Made by a program: the position numbers and the translations under genes
The notes under the pieces: generated by a model
The model's database searches: none
Seen by the model: the letters and a program-made list of their open reading frames with translations, nothing else
Told to the model about the DNA's origin: nothing
NCBI GenBank assembly: GCA_051959035.1
Contig: JBQCFN010000148.1
Span: forward strand, 1-27,791
DNA: 27,791 bases
Origin: Lysobacteraceae bacterium
GTDB taxonomy: Bacteria; Pseudomonadota; Gammaproteobacteria; Xanthomonadales; Xanthomonadaceae
Reading direction: 5' to 3'
Shown here: one piece after another, positions 17,382-26,866 of the stretch
Layout: each line of letters begins with the position of its first letter
How positions within the stretch are numbered: the stretch's first letter is position 1

Positions 17382-17520
17382 AGTGCGCGGGATGCTGGCA
17401 CGGACCAGGTGAAAGCGGGCTCTAGATCACAGTTCCGCGCCGGGCCTTCACGCGGACGGCCTCGCGCGGCCCCCGCCTTCACGCCGGTACACTCTGCGGC
17501 CCCCACGCGAAGGCCCGGTC

Positions 17521-18438
17521 ATGGCAGGCAATGGCGACTCCACCCGCGCGGTGCTGTTCGCGCTCGGCGCCAACCTGGCGATCGCGCTGGCCAAGGGCGT
17601 CGCGGCCTTCTTCACCGGCTCCAGCGCGATGCTGGCCGAGACCGTGCACTCCTTCGCCGACTGCGGCAACCAGTTGCTGCTCCTGCTCGGCATGCGCCAG
17701 GCCAGGCGCCCGCCATCACCGGACTATCCGCTCGGCTACGGCAAGGCGATCTACTTCTGGTCGTTCCTGGTCGCGCTGATGCTGTTCACGGTCGGCGGCA
17801 TGTTTTCGCTCTACGAGGGCGCGCACAAGCTGCAGCACCCCGAGCCGCTGCGGCAGTGGTGGTGGGCGGCCGGCGTGCTGGTGTTCGGCATCGTCGCCGA
17901 GGGCGTCTCGATGCGCGCCTGCCTGCAGGAAGTGGCGAAGGCGCGCGGCGGCCGCGGACTGTGGCGCTGGTTCCGCGACAGCCGGCAGAGCGAGCTGGTG
18001 GTGATCTTCGGCGAGGACTTCGCGGCACTGGTCGGCCTGGTGTTCGCGCTCGCGGCGGTGCTGCTCAGCGTGGTGACCGGCAATCCGCTGTGGGATGCGG
18101 CCGGCAGCCTCGCGATCGGCGCCCTGCTGATCGTGGTGGCGGTGCTGGTGGCGATCGAGGTCAAGGCGATGCTGATCGGGCAGAGCGTGGATCCGGCGCG
18201 CGAGGCGGAGTTGCGCGCCTTCCTCGAAGCCCGCCCGGAAGTCGCGCGGATCATCAGCCTGATCACCCTGCAGCTCGGCAACCAGGTGATGGTGTCGGTG
18301 CAGGCGCACATGCGCGAACGCGGCAGCGCCGACGCGCTGGTGGCCCAGATCAACGCCGTCGAGCGGGCGATGAAGCAGTCCTTCCCCGAGGTGCGCTGGA
18401 GCTTCTTCGAGCCGGATACCCGCGATAGCCGCGACTAG
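17521..18438 (+). CDS. Cation diffusion facilitator (CDF) family transporter (305 aa)
   Basis: TGSSAMLAETVHSFAD (TM2 HxxxD), YPLGYGKAIYFWSF, EDFAALVGL, WDAAGSLAIG and a cytoplasmic C-terminal domain. -10-like TACACT at 17488-17493. Confidence 0.93.
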   Translation: MAGNGDSTRAVLFALGANLAIALAKGVAAFFTGSSAMLAETVHSFADCGNQLLLLLGMRQARRPPSPDYPLGYGKAIYFWSFLVALMLFTVGGMFSLYEGAHKLQHPEPLRQWWWAAGVLVFGIVAEGVSMRACLQEVAKARGGRGLWRWFRDSRQSELVVIFGEDFAALVGLVFALAAVLLSVVTGNPLWDAAGSLAIGALLIVVAVLVAIEVKAMLIGQSVDPAREAELRAFLEARPEVARIISLITLQLGNQVMVSVQAHMRERGSADALVAQINAVERAMKQSFPEVRWSFFEPDTRDSRD

Positions 18439-18444
18439 GCCGCT

Positions 18445-19302
18445 TCAGCCGGGCGCGCGCAGCCAGTCCACGCGCGGCGGCGTCGCGTCGTTCGCGAGCA
18501 GGCGGGCGAGCGCCGGCAGGCAGCGCCGCAAGCCCTCGTCGAACCGGTATGGCGGATTGAGCAGCAGCATGCCGCTGCCGTTCATGCGCAGGGGCGAATC
18601 GTCCGCGCGCACCAGCAGTTCGGCGCACAGCACCGACTTCGCCGGCAGCGCGGCGGCGGCGCGATAGAACGGCTGCAGCACGCGGCGCTGCTTGACCGGA
18701 TACCAGAGGGCGGCCATGCCCTGCGGCCAGCGCGCGAGCCCTTCGCGCAATGCGGCGAGGGCGGCGTCGAACTCGGCCAGCTGGGCCTCGTAGGGCGGAT
18801 CGACCAGCACCAGCCCGCGCGCGTAGCGCACGCCGTTCACGCTGGGCGGCAGCAGCGCGCGCAGCGCCGCGTAGCCGTCGCGCTGGTGGACGCCCACGCG
18901 CGGATCGCCGGCGAACACCGCCCTGAGCGCCGAGGCTTCGTCCGGCTGGAGCTCGCAGCAGGCGATGCGGTCCTGCGCGCGCAGCGCATGGGCGAGCAGC
19001 CACGGCGAGCCCGGGTACGCGGCCTCGCCGTGGCGCGCGCGGCAGGCGCGCACGGCGTCCAGGTAGGCGGCGATCCACGGATCCGCCGGCGGCGCGGCGA
19101 GCAGGCGCCGGATGCCTTCGTCCGCCTCGCCGGTGCGTTGCGCGGCCTCGTCGTCGAGCGCGTACAGGCCGCGCCCGGCGTGGGTGTCGAGCGCGAAGCA
19201 GGCCGCGGGCTTGCCGGCCAGCGCCTCGCACAGCGCCAGCAGCACGACGTGCTTGAGCACGTCGGCGTGGTTGCCGGCATGGAAGGCGTGGCGGTAGTTC
19301 AT
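18445..19302 (-). CDS. rlmJ: 23S rRNA (adenine-2030-N6)-methyltransferase RlmJ (285 aa)
   Basis: MNYRHAFHAGNHADVLKH, LDTHAGRGLY, YPGSP, CELQP, VLVDPPYE, WYPVK, MNGSGMLLLNPPY. Confidence 0.97.
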   Translation of the reverse strand: MNYRHAFHAGNHADVLKHVVLLALCEALAGKPAACFALDTHAGRGLYALDDEAAQRTGEADEGIRRLLAAPPADPWIAAYLDAVRACRARHGEAAYPGSPWLLAHALRAQDRIACCELQPDEASALRAVFAGDPRVGVHQRDGYAALRALLPPSVNGVRYARGLVLVDPPYEAQLAEFDAALAALREGLARWPQGMAALWYPVKQRRVLQPFYRAAAALPAKSVLCAELLVRADDSPLRMNGSGMLLLNPPYRFDEGLRRCLPALARLLANDATPPRVDWLRAPG

Positions 19303-19308
19303 CGCGGC

Positions 19309-19314
19309 AGTGTA
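19309..19314 (-). promoter_or_regulatory. Putative -10 (TACACT) 6 nt upstream of the rlmJ ATG (leaderless-type)
   Basis: The minus strand reads TACACT-GCCGCG-ATG, with no Shine-Dalgarno. Confidence 0.55.
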
Positions 19315-19342
19315 CGCAGCGGCGTCCGCGCCGGCATCCGCG

Positions 19343-20890
19343 TCAGTGGGTTTCCAGCACCAGCTTCACGCCGAGCGGGGCGATCTCGTGCATCTCGGTC
19401 TCGAGGTCGGCGCGCAGCAGCGGGCGCGCGTCGAGCCAGGCCTTCGGCAGGTCCAGCACCAGCTGCTCGCCGTGCGCGGACAGCCGCAGCGGCGGCAGCT
19501 CGCCCGGTTCGTGCGAGCGGTGGAACAGCACCGCGAGCCGCAGCAGCGCCGCGGTGTGGCGCGCGCCGGGCAGCAGGCGGTCGGGCAGGGCGTCGAATGC
19601 CGACTTCGGGATCTTCCTGCGGTGGCTGCGCACCAGCGCGGCGAGGAAGCGCTGCTCCTGCTGGGAGAAGCCGGCGATGTCCGAATGGGCGAGCACGTAG
19701 GCGCCGTGCACCTGGTACTGGCTGTGCGCGATGGCCAGGCCGAGCTCGTGCAGGCGCGCCGCCCAGGCCAGGCGCAGGCGGTCGTCGACGTCGAAGTGCC
19801 AGGCCAGCGCGACGCGCTCGAACAGCTGCAGCGCGGTCGCCTCCACCCGCGCCGCCTGCGCCGCGTCGATGCCGTAGCGCTGCATCAGTGCGGCCACGGA
19901 CGCATCGCGCGGATCGGCCTCGCTGCCGCGGCCGAGCATGTCGTACAGCACGCCCTCGCGCAGCGCCGCCTTGCTCACGGCCATGCGGACGAGGCCGAGC
20001 GCGTCGAAGGCCGCCTCCAGCACCAGCAGGCCGCCGGCGATGATCGGCCGGCGGTCGTCGGACAGTCCGGGCAGGTCGATCGCGTCGATGCTGCCGGCGC
20101 GCAGCAGGCGGTCGCGCAGCGGCGGCAGCGCCTCGGCGGTGATCGCGCCCTTGGTCAGCTTCATCGCGGCGCAGATCTCGCCGATCGCCTTGTTGGTGCC
20201 GGACGCGCCAAGCGCTTCGTCCCAGCCGAGCCCGCGGTAGACACCGGCGAACTGCTGGAACTCCGCCGACACCTCCACCAGCGCGTCCTGCCAGCGCCGG
20301 CGCGACAGCCGGCCGTCGCCGAAGAAGCGTCGCGTGCTCGCCACGCAGCCGGCCTGCAGGCTCTCGCGTTCCAGCGCTTCCAGGCCGGTGCCGATGATGC
20401 ATTCGGTCGAGCCGCCGCCGATGTCCAGCACCAGCCGCAACTGGCCCGGCTTGGGCGGCTGCGCATGGGCCACGCCGAGGTAGATCAGGCGCGCCTCCTC
20501 GCGGCCGGACACCACCTCGACCGGATGCCCGAGCGCGGTCTCGGCCGGCAGCAGGAAGGCCTGCGGCGCCGCCAGCTGGCGCACGGTGTTGGTCGCGATC
20601 GCGCGCACCCGCTGCGGCGGGATGTCGCGCAGGCGCTGGCCGAAGCGGGCCAGGCATTCCAGCGCGCGCTGGCGCACGTCGGCGCGCAGGCCGCCCTTCG
20701 CGTCGAGGCCCTCGGCCAGGCGCACCGTCTCGCGCAGGCGGTCGACCGTGCGCAGCTGGCCGAGCACGTAGCGCGCGACGACCATGTGGAAGCTGTTGGA
20801 GCCGAGGTCGACGGCCGCAAGCAGGTCGCCGTCCTGCAGCGGCAGGGCGCGTGAGTGCGCGTGCAGGTGGGTCCGGGGCGTGTCATTCAT
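19343..20890 (-). CDS. ppx: Exopolyphosphatase Ppx/GppA family (515 aa)
   Basis: AAVDLGSNSFHM, SGREEARLIY, LDIGGGSTE, ALREGVLY and a C-terminal HD-like domain (AARLHELG). Overlaps the ppk1 stop by 8 nt. Confidence 0.96.
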   Translation of the reverse strand: MNDTPRTHLHAHSRALPLQDGDLLAAVDLGSNSFHMVVARYVLGQLRTVDRLRETVRLAEGLDAKGGLRADVRQRALECLARFGQRLRDIPPQRVRAIATNTVRQLAAPQAFLLPAETALGHPVEVVSGREEARLIYLGVAHAQPPKPGQLRLVLDIGGGSTECIIGTGLEALERESLQAGCVASTRRFFGDGRLSRRRWQDALVEVSAEFQQFAGVYRGLGWDEALGASGTNKAIGEICAAMKLTKGAITAEALPPLRDRLLRAGSIDAIDLPGLSDDRRPIIAGGLLVLEAAFDALGLVRMAVSKAALREGVLYDMLGRGSEADPRDASVAALMQRYGIDAAQAARVEATALQLFERVALAWHFDVDDRLRLAWAARLHELGLAIAHSQYQVHGAYVLAHSDIAGFSQQEQRFLAALVRSHRRKIPKSAFDALPDRLLPGARHTAALLRLAVLFHRSHEPGELPPLRLSAHGEQLVLDLPKAWLDARPLLRADLETEMHEIAPLGVKLVLETH

Positions 20891-23012
20891 GCGCGTGCAC
20901 CCCGCACAGCCGGGCGAGCAGCGCCCGCTGCGCCGAATGCGGCCGTTCCCCCGGCCCCGGCGCGAGCCGCTCGTAGCGGCCGTCCGGGTGCAGGGCCCAG
21001 GCGTCGCAGTTGTCGGCGAGGTAGTTGTCGAGCGCCTCGGCCTTGACCCGCGCGGCGAGCGCCGGATCGAGGACCGGGAAGGCGACCTCGATCCGGCGCA
21101 GCAGGTTGCGCTCCAGCCAGTCGGCGCTCGAGCAGAACAGTTCCGGCTCGCCGTCGTTGGCGAACCAGTACACCCGGCTGTGCTCGAGGAAGCGCCCGAC
21201 GACCGAGCGCACGCGGATGTTGTCCGACACCCCCGGCACGCCGGGACGCAGCGTGCACGCGCCGCGCACGATGAGGTCGATTTGCACGCCCGCCTGCGAC
21301 GCCGCGTACAGCGCGCGCACCACCGCCGGTTCATTGAGCGCGTTCATGCGCGCGACCAGGCGCGCGGGCCTGCCGGCGCGGGCGTGGCGCGCCTCGCGCG
21401 CGATCCGCTCGACCACGCCGCCGTGCAGCGTGAAGGGGGACTGCAGCAGGCATTCCAGCTCGATCGCGGGGGCGAGCCCGGACAGCTGCTGGAACACCTG
21501 GTGCACGTCGCTGCCGATGCCCGGGTGCGCGGTCAGCAGGCCGATGTCGGTGTAGGCGCGCGCGGTGCCGGCGTGGTAGTTGCCGGTCGACAGGTGCACG
21601 TAGCGGCGCAGCTTCTGTCCCTCGCGGCGCACGACCAGCAGCATCTTCGCGTGGGTCTTGTAGCCGACCACGCCGTACACCACCTGCACGCCGGCCTGCT
21701 GCAGGCGGTCGGCGAAGGCAAGGTTGGCCTCCTCGTCGAAGCGCGCGCGCAGCTCCACCACCGCGGTGACGTCCTTGCCGTTGCGCGCGGCCTGCACCAG
21801 CGCGTCGACGATCTGCGAGTCGCGCCCGGTGCGGTACAGCGTCTGCTTGATCGCCAGCACGCGCGGGTCCTCGGCGGCCTGCCGCACCAGCTCCACCACC
21901 GCCGGGAAGCCGTCGTAGGGGTGGTGCAGCAGCACGTCGCCGTCGGCGATGCGCTCGAACATCGCCTCGCCGCCGGCCAGCTGGCGCGGCTGGAACGGCG
22001 GGTATTTCAACTCGGGCCGCTGCACGAGGTCGTAGACCTGGATGGCGCGGTTGAGGTTGGCGGGGCCGTCGATGCGGTAGACCGCGTTGTCGCCGAGGTC
22101 GAAGTTCTCCAGCAGCAGCCGCACGATGTCGTCGGGGCAGTCGCGCGCGATCTCCAGCCGCATCGCGCGCAGGTAGCCGCGCCCGGCGAGCTCGTCGCGC
22201 AGCGCCAGCGCGAGGTTCTGCACCTCGTCCTCGTCGACGATCAGCTCGGAATTGCGGGTGACGCGGAACTGGTAGGCGCCGAGCACCCGCATGCCCGGGA
22301 ACAGCTCGGCGACGAACGCGCCGAGCACCGCAGCGAGGAACACGAAGTCGTGTTCGCCGCCCGACACCTCGCGCGGCAGCTGGATGATGCGCGGCAGCGA
22401 GCGCGGCGCGCGCACCACCGCCAGGTGGCCGGCGCGGCCGAAGGCGTCGCGGCCCTCCAGCACCACCACGATGTTGAGCGACTTGTTGAGGATCTTCGGG
22501 AACGGATGCGCGGGATCGAGGCCCAGCGGCGACAGCACCGGCTGGACCTCGTCGCGGAAGTAATCGCGCAGCCACGCCGACTGCGCTGCGTTCCACGTAT
22601 CGCGCGGCAGGATGCGCACGCCGGCTTCGTTGAGCGCGGGCCGCAGCACCTCGTTCCAGCAGCGGTACTGCGCGTCCACCAGTTCCGCCGCGCGCTCGTG
22701 GATGCGGCGCAGCACGGTCGCGTGCGGCAGGCCGTCGGCGGCCACCGGCAACGCGAACTCCTCCGCGTGGCGCACGGTCGCCGCGCGTATCTCGAAGAAC
22801 TCGTCGAGGTTGGTGCAGGAGATGCACAGGTAGCGCAGGCGCTCCAGCAGCGGCACCGCCGGGTCCTGCGCCTGCGCGAGCACGCGGAAGTTGAAGTCGA
22901 GCTGGGACAGCTCGCGGTTGGCGTACAGCGCCGGATCGCGCAACGCGTCCGGCGTCCCGCCGTCGTCCGGCGGCTGCGGGCCCGCGCGGCCGTGCGCGCG
23001 CGGCGCCTTCAT
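20883..23012 (-). CDS. ppk1: Polyphosphate kinase 1 (709 aa)
   Basis: NRELSQLDFNFRVL, NLDEFFEIR, HPFPKILNKSLN, LLHHPY, IKQTLYRT, ELRARFDEEAN, KTHAK, STGNYH, VRSVVGRFLEHSR, SSADWLERNL. ATGA overlap with the phoR stop. Confidence 0.98.
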   Translation of the reverse strand: MKAPRAHGRAGPQPPDDGGTPDALRDPALYANRELSQLDFNFRVLAQAQDPAVPLLERLRYLCISCTNLDEFFEIRAATVRHAEEFALPVAADGLPHATVLRRIHERAAELVDAQYRCWNEVLRPALNEAGVRILPRDTWNAAQSAWLRDYFRDEVQPVLSPLGLDPAHPFPKILNKSLNIVVVLEGRDAFGRAGHLAVVRAPRSLPRIIQLPREVSGGEHDFVFLAAVLGAFVAELFPGMRVLGAYQFRVTRNSELIVDEDEVQNLALALRDELAGRGYLRAMRLEIARDCPDDIVRLLLENFDLGDNAVYRIDGPANLNRAIQVYDLVQRPELKYPPFQPRQLAGGEAMFERIADGDVLLHHPYDGFPAVVELVRQAAEDPRVLAIKQTLYRTGRDSQIVDALVQAARNGKDVTAVVELRARFDEEANLAFADRLQQAGVQVVYGVVGYKTHAKMLLVVRREGQKLRRYVHLSTGNYHAGTARAYTDIGLLTAHPGIGSDVHQVFQQLSGLAPAIELECLLQSPFTLHGGVVERIAREARHARAGRPARLVARMNALNEPAVVRALYAASQAGVQIDLIVRGACTLRPGVPGVSDNIRVRSVVGRFLEHSRVYWFANDGEPELFCSSADWLERNLLRRIEVAFPVLDPALAARVKAEALDNYLADNCDAWALHPDGRYERLAPGPGERPHSAQRALLARLCGVHAHE

Positions 23013-24319
23013 GCAACGCCCCGCGCGCCCGCGCGCGGCAACACCCGGTCGGCGCCGAAGCGGCAGGCGAAGCTGCTGCCGTGCCCGACTTCGCTGCGGA
23101 TGTCCAGCCGTGCCTGGTGCAGCCCGAGCACGTGCTTGACGATCGCCAGGCCCAGCCCGGTGCCGCCGCTCTCGCGCGAGCGGCTGGTGGACACGCGGTA
23201 GAAGCGTTCGGTGAGCCGCGGCAGGTTGGCGGCGGGGATGCCCACGCCGCTGTCCTCGACCGCGAGCACCACGCCGTCGCCGTCCCGGCGGAAGCGGATG
23301 CGCACGCTGCCGCCGGCCGGGGTGTAGCGCACCGCGTTGCTGACCAGGTTGGAAAACGCGCTGTGCAGCTCGCCCGGCGAACCGAGCAGGTCCACGCCGG
23401 CCTCGTCCTCGACGCTGATCGCATGGCGCTGCTGGCTGAGCGCCTCCGCCTCGCGCCGCAGCGCGGCCAGCATCGGCGCCATCGCCACCTCCTCGTCGGC
23501 CACCGCGTCCTGCGCCTCCAGGCGGGACAAGGCCAGCAGGTCCTCGACGAGCCGGCGCATGCGCTCGGACTGCCGGCGCATCTCGCCGAGCATCGGCGCC
23601 CAGTCCGGCCGCTCGGCGGGATCGAGCATCTCGAGGTAGCCGTGGATCACGGTCAGCGGGGTGCGCAGCTCGTGCGAAACGTTGGCGACGAAATCGCGGC
23701 GCATGTGCTCCAGTCGCACCACCTTGGTGACGTCGCGCGCGACCAGCAGCCACAGCTCGTCGGAGTAGGGGATCAGGCGCAGGTTGAGGCGGAGGTCGGG
23801 GTCGGCGGGCGAGGCGACGTCCAGCAGCGGCTCGGCGTTGCGACCGGCGGCGAGCCAGTGCGCCAGCGGCAGGGGCTGCAGGCGCTCGCCGAGCGGGGCG
23901 TCGATGTCATCCGGGTAGCGCAGCCCGAGCAGGTGGCCGGCGGCCTCGTTGAACCAGAGCGCGCGCTGGTGGTCGCGGTCGACCACCACCACCGCGTCGG
24001 GCAGGGCCGCGGCGGCCGCGCGGTAGGCGCGCAGCATGCCGAGCAGGCGCAGCTTGCGCGCGCGCATCTCGCGCTGGCGGCGTTCGAGCTGCTGGTCCAG
24101 CTCGCCCCACAGTCCGGTGCCGCGTGCCGACGCGCGGCGGCGCCCCTGCAGTCGCGCCACCAGGCGTTGCAGGCGCCAGGTGTGCAGGCCGAGCAGCGCG
24201 AGCGCCGCCAGCGCCAGCGCCATCCACGGGTGGCCGAGCAGCGCGCCCGCCACCAGCGCGGCGGCGAGCGCCAGGCCGAGGCGGAGGACGGTCGTCGAAC
24301 GGGCGGCGCGCAATGCCAT
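23009..24319 (-). CDS. phoR: Phosphate regulon sensor histidine kinase PhoR (436 aa)
   Basis: N-terminal TM hairpin, PAS region, H-box FVANVSHELRTPLTVIHGYLE, N-box NLVSNAVRYT, G boxes DSGVGI and GGTGLGLAIVKH, ERFYRV. Between phoB and ppk1. Confidence 0.96.
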   Translation of the reverse strand: MALRAARSTTVLRLGLALAAALVAGALLGHPWMALALAALALLGLHTWRLQRLVARLQGRRRASARGTGLWGELDQQLERRQREMRARKLRLLGMLRAYRAAAAALPDAVVVVDRDHQRALWFNEAAGHLLGLRYPDDIDAPLGERLQPLPLAHWLAAGRNAEPLLDVASPADPDLRLNLRLIPYSDELWLLVARDVTKVVRLEHMRRDFVANVSHELRTPLTVIHGYLEMLDPAERPDWAPMLGEMRRQSERMRRLVEDLLALSRLEAQDAVADEEVAMAPMLAALRREAEALSQQRHAISVEDEAGVDLLGSPGELHSAFSNLVSNAVRYTPAGGSVRIRFRRDGDGVVLAVEDSGVGIPAANLPRLTERFYRVSTSRSRESGGTGLGLAIVKHVLGLHQARLDIRSEVGHGSSFACRFGADRVLPRAGARGVA

Positions 24320-24325
24320 GCGGTG

Positions 24326-24331
24326 AGTCTA
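24326..24331 (-). promoter_or_regulatory. Putative -10 (TAGACT) 6 nt upstream of the phoR ATG (leaderless-type internal promoter)
   Basis: The minus strand reads TAGACT-CACCGC-ATG within the 55-nt phoB-phoR spacer, with no Shine-Dalgarno. Confidence 0.55.
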
Positions 24332-24374
24332 GCGGGGGCAGGGCCCGCGGCGGGCGCGTCGTTGCGGGCGGAGG

Positions 24375-25079
24375 TCAACCCGCGGCCGAGAACCGGTAGC
24401 CCGCGCCCCGCACGGTCTGCACCATCGCGTCCAGGCCGCTGGGCTCCAGAGCCTTGCGCAGGCGGCGGATGTGCACGTCGACGGTGCGCTCCTCGACGTA
24501 CACGCTGCCGCCCCAGACGTGGTCGAGCAGCTGGGCGCGGCTGTACACGCGCTCGGGATGGGTCATGAAGAAGTGCAGCAGGCGGTATTCGGTCGGGCCG
24601 ACCGCGAGCGGCTCCCGGCCCCCGGCCGCTTCGGCGAACACGCGGTGCGCCGCGCCGTCGATGCGCAGCGCGCCCACGCGCACGCTGCCGTCGGCGTCGT
24701 CCTCGCGCGCGCGCCGCAGCACGGCGCGGATGCGCGCGAGCAGCTCGCGGGTGGAGAAGGGCTTGATGACGTAGTCGTCCACGCCCGCCTCGAGGCCGCC
24801 GACGCGGTCGTTCTCCTCGCCGCGCGCGGTGAGCATGATGATCGGCACGTCGCGGGTGAGCGCCTCGCGGCGCCAGCGCCGCGCCAGGTCCAGGCCGCTG
24901 CTGCCGCCGGGCAGCATCCAGTCGAGCAGGATCAGGTCGGGCACGCGGTCGGCGATCGCCGCCTGCGCCTCGCGGCCGTCGCCGGCCGCCACCGGCTCGA
25001 AGTCGTCCTTGCGCAGGGCGAAGGCGACCATGTCGCGGATGGCGGGTTCGTCCTCGACGATCAGGATGCGTTTCTGCAC
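24375..25079 (-). CDS. phoB: Phosphate regulon response regulator PhoB (234 aa, GTG start)
   Basis: [99 protein letters not shown]. Confidence 0.97.
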   Translation of the reverse strand: MQKRILIVEDEPAIRDMVAFALRKDDFEPVAAGDGREAQAAIADRVPDLILLDWMLPGGSSGLDLARRWRREALTRDVPIIMLTARGEENDRVGGLEAGVDDYVIKPFSTRELLARIRAVLRRAREDDADGSVRVGALRIDGAAHRVFAEAAGGREPLAVGPTEYRLLHFFMTHPERVYSRAQLLDHVWGGSVYVEERTVDVHIRRLRKALEPSGLDAMVQTVRGAGYRFSAAG

Positions 25080-25113
25080 CGGGTTACCGTGGCACTCGCG
25101 GGGGGACGGCGCA

Positions 25114-25147
25114 AGTAGACGGCGGTCGTGTGACCGGCGGATGACAG
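25114..25147 (-). promoter_or_regulatory. Pho box promoter of phoB: CTGTCAT-CCGC-CGGTCAC-N10-TCTACT
   Basis: The first half-site is a perfect CTGTCAT (25147-25141) and the second is 6/7 to CTGTCAC, at an 11-bp period, with a 10-nt spacer to a weak -10. PhoB autoregulation through such a box is established. Confidence 0.85.
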
Positions 25148-25158
25148 GACCGCGCGGA

Positions 25159-26739
25159 TCAGCGCTCCAGGTCCTCGTCGCGGATGCCTTCGCGCTGCAG
25201 CTCGAGCACCACCGGCGTGATCGCGGCGATGCGGGCGTCCACGCGGGCGCGGGCGTAGTAGTCGAGGTCGGCGCGCTTTTTCAGCGTGTTGAGCTGGACC
25301 AGGGCCTGCTCCGGGCGGCCATTGAGGTAGGCGGCTTCGGCCCAGGCCTCGCCGGCGCGGGCCTGGTCGCCGCAGATCTCGCTGGCGCGGGCGAACGTCT
25401 GCTGGAACAGCGGATCGGACGCCGCATCGCTGCCGAGCAGCGGCCGCAGCACCGCCTGCGCGCGTCGCCCGGCGGCCGGCGTGTTGCGCTCGGCAAGCAC
25501 GCCGGCGGAGGTAAGCCCGACCCCCCGGTTGCCCGGCATGCGCGCCACCAACCCCTCGAATCGCGCGTCGGCCGCGGCGGCCTTGCCGGCATGCGCCTCG
25601 GCCTGGCCCATGGCGAGCTCGAGCCATGCGTCGCCCGGATGCGCGGCGAGCAGCGGCGCGAGCTCCTCCATCGCGGTCGCGTAGCTGCCGTCCAGCAGGT
25701 GGGCCACGGCCAGGCCGTAGCGCTGCGGGTCGGTCAGCGGCGCGGTGCGGCGCATGCGCTGGTATTCGCGGACCGCCATGCCCGGCGTGTCCGCGCTCAG
25801 CGCGCGCAGGCGCTCGCGCGCCCAGGCGAACTGGCCGCTGTCGCCGGACGGGCTGGCGTCGATGCGCAGCGAGCCGGGCAGCAGCGGGTTGTCCGGCGCG
25901 GTGGCGCCGGCGCTGAAGCCCTTCGGCTGCGCCGCGAGCTGGCGCGCGCGCTCGCGCGACTCGCTGATGCGGCTGGTGGTGACCGGGTGCGTCTGCAGGT
26001 AGTCGGGCGTGCGTTCGCGCTCGCCGCCCTGGTTCGTGCGCACCACCGCCTGCAGCTTCTCGAAGAAGTCGGCCATCGCCTCCGGGTCGTAGCCGGCGCG
26101 CCACAGCGTGCGGATGCCGATGCGGTCGGCCTCGGCCTCGCTGCCGCGGGTGTAGTCGATCTGGCGCTGCGCCATCAGGCCCTGCGCGGAGGCCATCGCG
26201 GCCATCGAGGCGTTGCCGGCCGACTCGCTGTGCGAGGCCTGCGACACCGCGATCGCGCCGAGCATCGCCAGCAGGATCGGCACGCTGTCGCGCTGCGCGC
26301 GCTCGACCGCGCGCAGCACGTGCGACTGGGTGACGTGGGCGATCTCGTGCGAGAGCACCGCGGCGACTTCGTCCTCCTCGTCGGCGGCGAGGATCAGTCC
26401 GGAATTGACTCCGACGTAGCCGCCGAGGGTGGCGAAGGCGTTGATCTGGCGGTCGCGCATCAGGAACAGGTGGAAGGGCTGGTCCGGCTTGTCGCTGGCC
26501 GCGCCCAGCCGCGTGCCCAGCGCCTGCAGCCAGCCGCCGACCAGCGGATCCTCGAGCGTGTAGCCGTAGTTGCGCAGCTGGCTGAGGGTCATCTCGCCGT
26601 ACTGGCGCTGCTGCGCGGGCGACAGCACCGTGCCCGCGGAGGAGCCGATGTCCGGCAGGCGCACCTCCTGGGCGGGGACGGCGGGCGCCAGCGCCGCGGC
26701 GAGCGCGAAGGTCAGCAGGGCGGGCAGGAAGGGGCGCAT
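25159..26739 (-). CDS. bepA: M48 family periplasmic metalloprotease/chaperone BepA (YfgC) with TPR C-terminus (526 aa)
   Basis: Signal peptide, then [30 protein letters not shown] in [34 protein letters not shown] and a TPR-like C-terminal half. Confidence 0.88.
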   Translation of the reverse strand: MRPFLPALLTFALAAALAPAVPAQEVRLPDIGSSAGTVLSPAQQRQYGEMTLSQLRNYGYTLEDPLVGGWLQALGTRLGAASDKPDQPFHLFLMRDRQINAFATLGGYVGVNSGLILAADEEDEVAAVLSHEIAHVTQSHVLRAVERAQRDSVPILLAMLGAIAVSQASHSESAGNASMAAMASAQGLMAQRQIDYTRGSEAEADRIGIRTLWRAGYDPEAMADFFEKLQAVVRTNQGGERERTPDYLQTHPVTTSRISESRERARQLAAQPKGFSAGATAPDNPLLPGSLRIDASPSGDSGQFAWARERLRALSADTPGMAVREYQRMRRTAPLTDPQRYGLAVAHLLDGSYATAMEELAPLLAAHPGDAWLELAMGQAEAHAGKAAAADARFEGLVARMPGNRGVGLTSAGVLAERNTPAAGRRAQAVLRPLLGSDAASDPLFQQTFARASEICGDQARAGEAWAEAAYLNGRPEQALVQLNTLKKRADLDYYARARVDARIAAITPVVLELQREGIRDEDLER

Positions 26740-26866
26740 CAAGGAGCCGTGGAGGAGGCTGGCGGGAGCATGACCGCTGGCCGGCGGGAGGGAGTGAATC
26801 GCGAGTTAATCCTAGCGGTTGGTCACGCTGCGTTCCGCCGGTGGAGGCCCGTGGCGCGCCGCGATG

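Noticed and set aside
17410-17436. GGAACT on the minus strand as a sigmaE -35 for the GNAT gene
   Set aside because: No TCnnA -10 at 16-17 nt spacing, and the -35 lacks the final T of GAACTT.
26841-26866. GTGGAGGCCCGTGGCGCGCCGCGATG as a further REP copy
   Set aside because: Only patchy similarity to the 6408 unit, no clean internal palindrome and no inverted partner.
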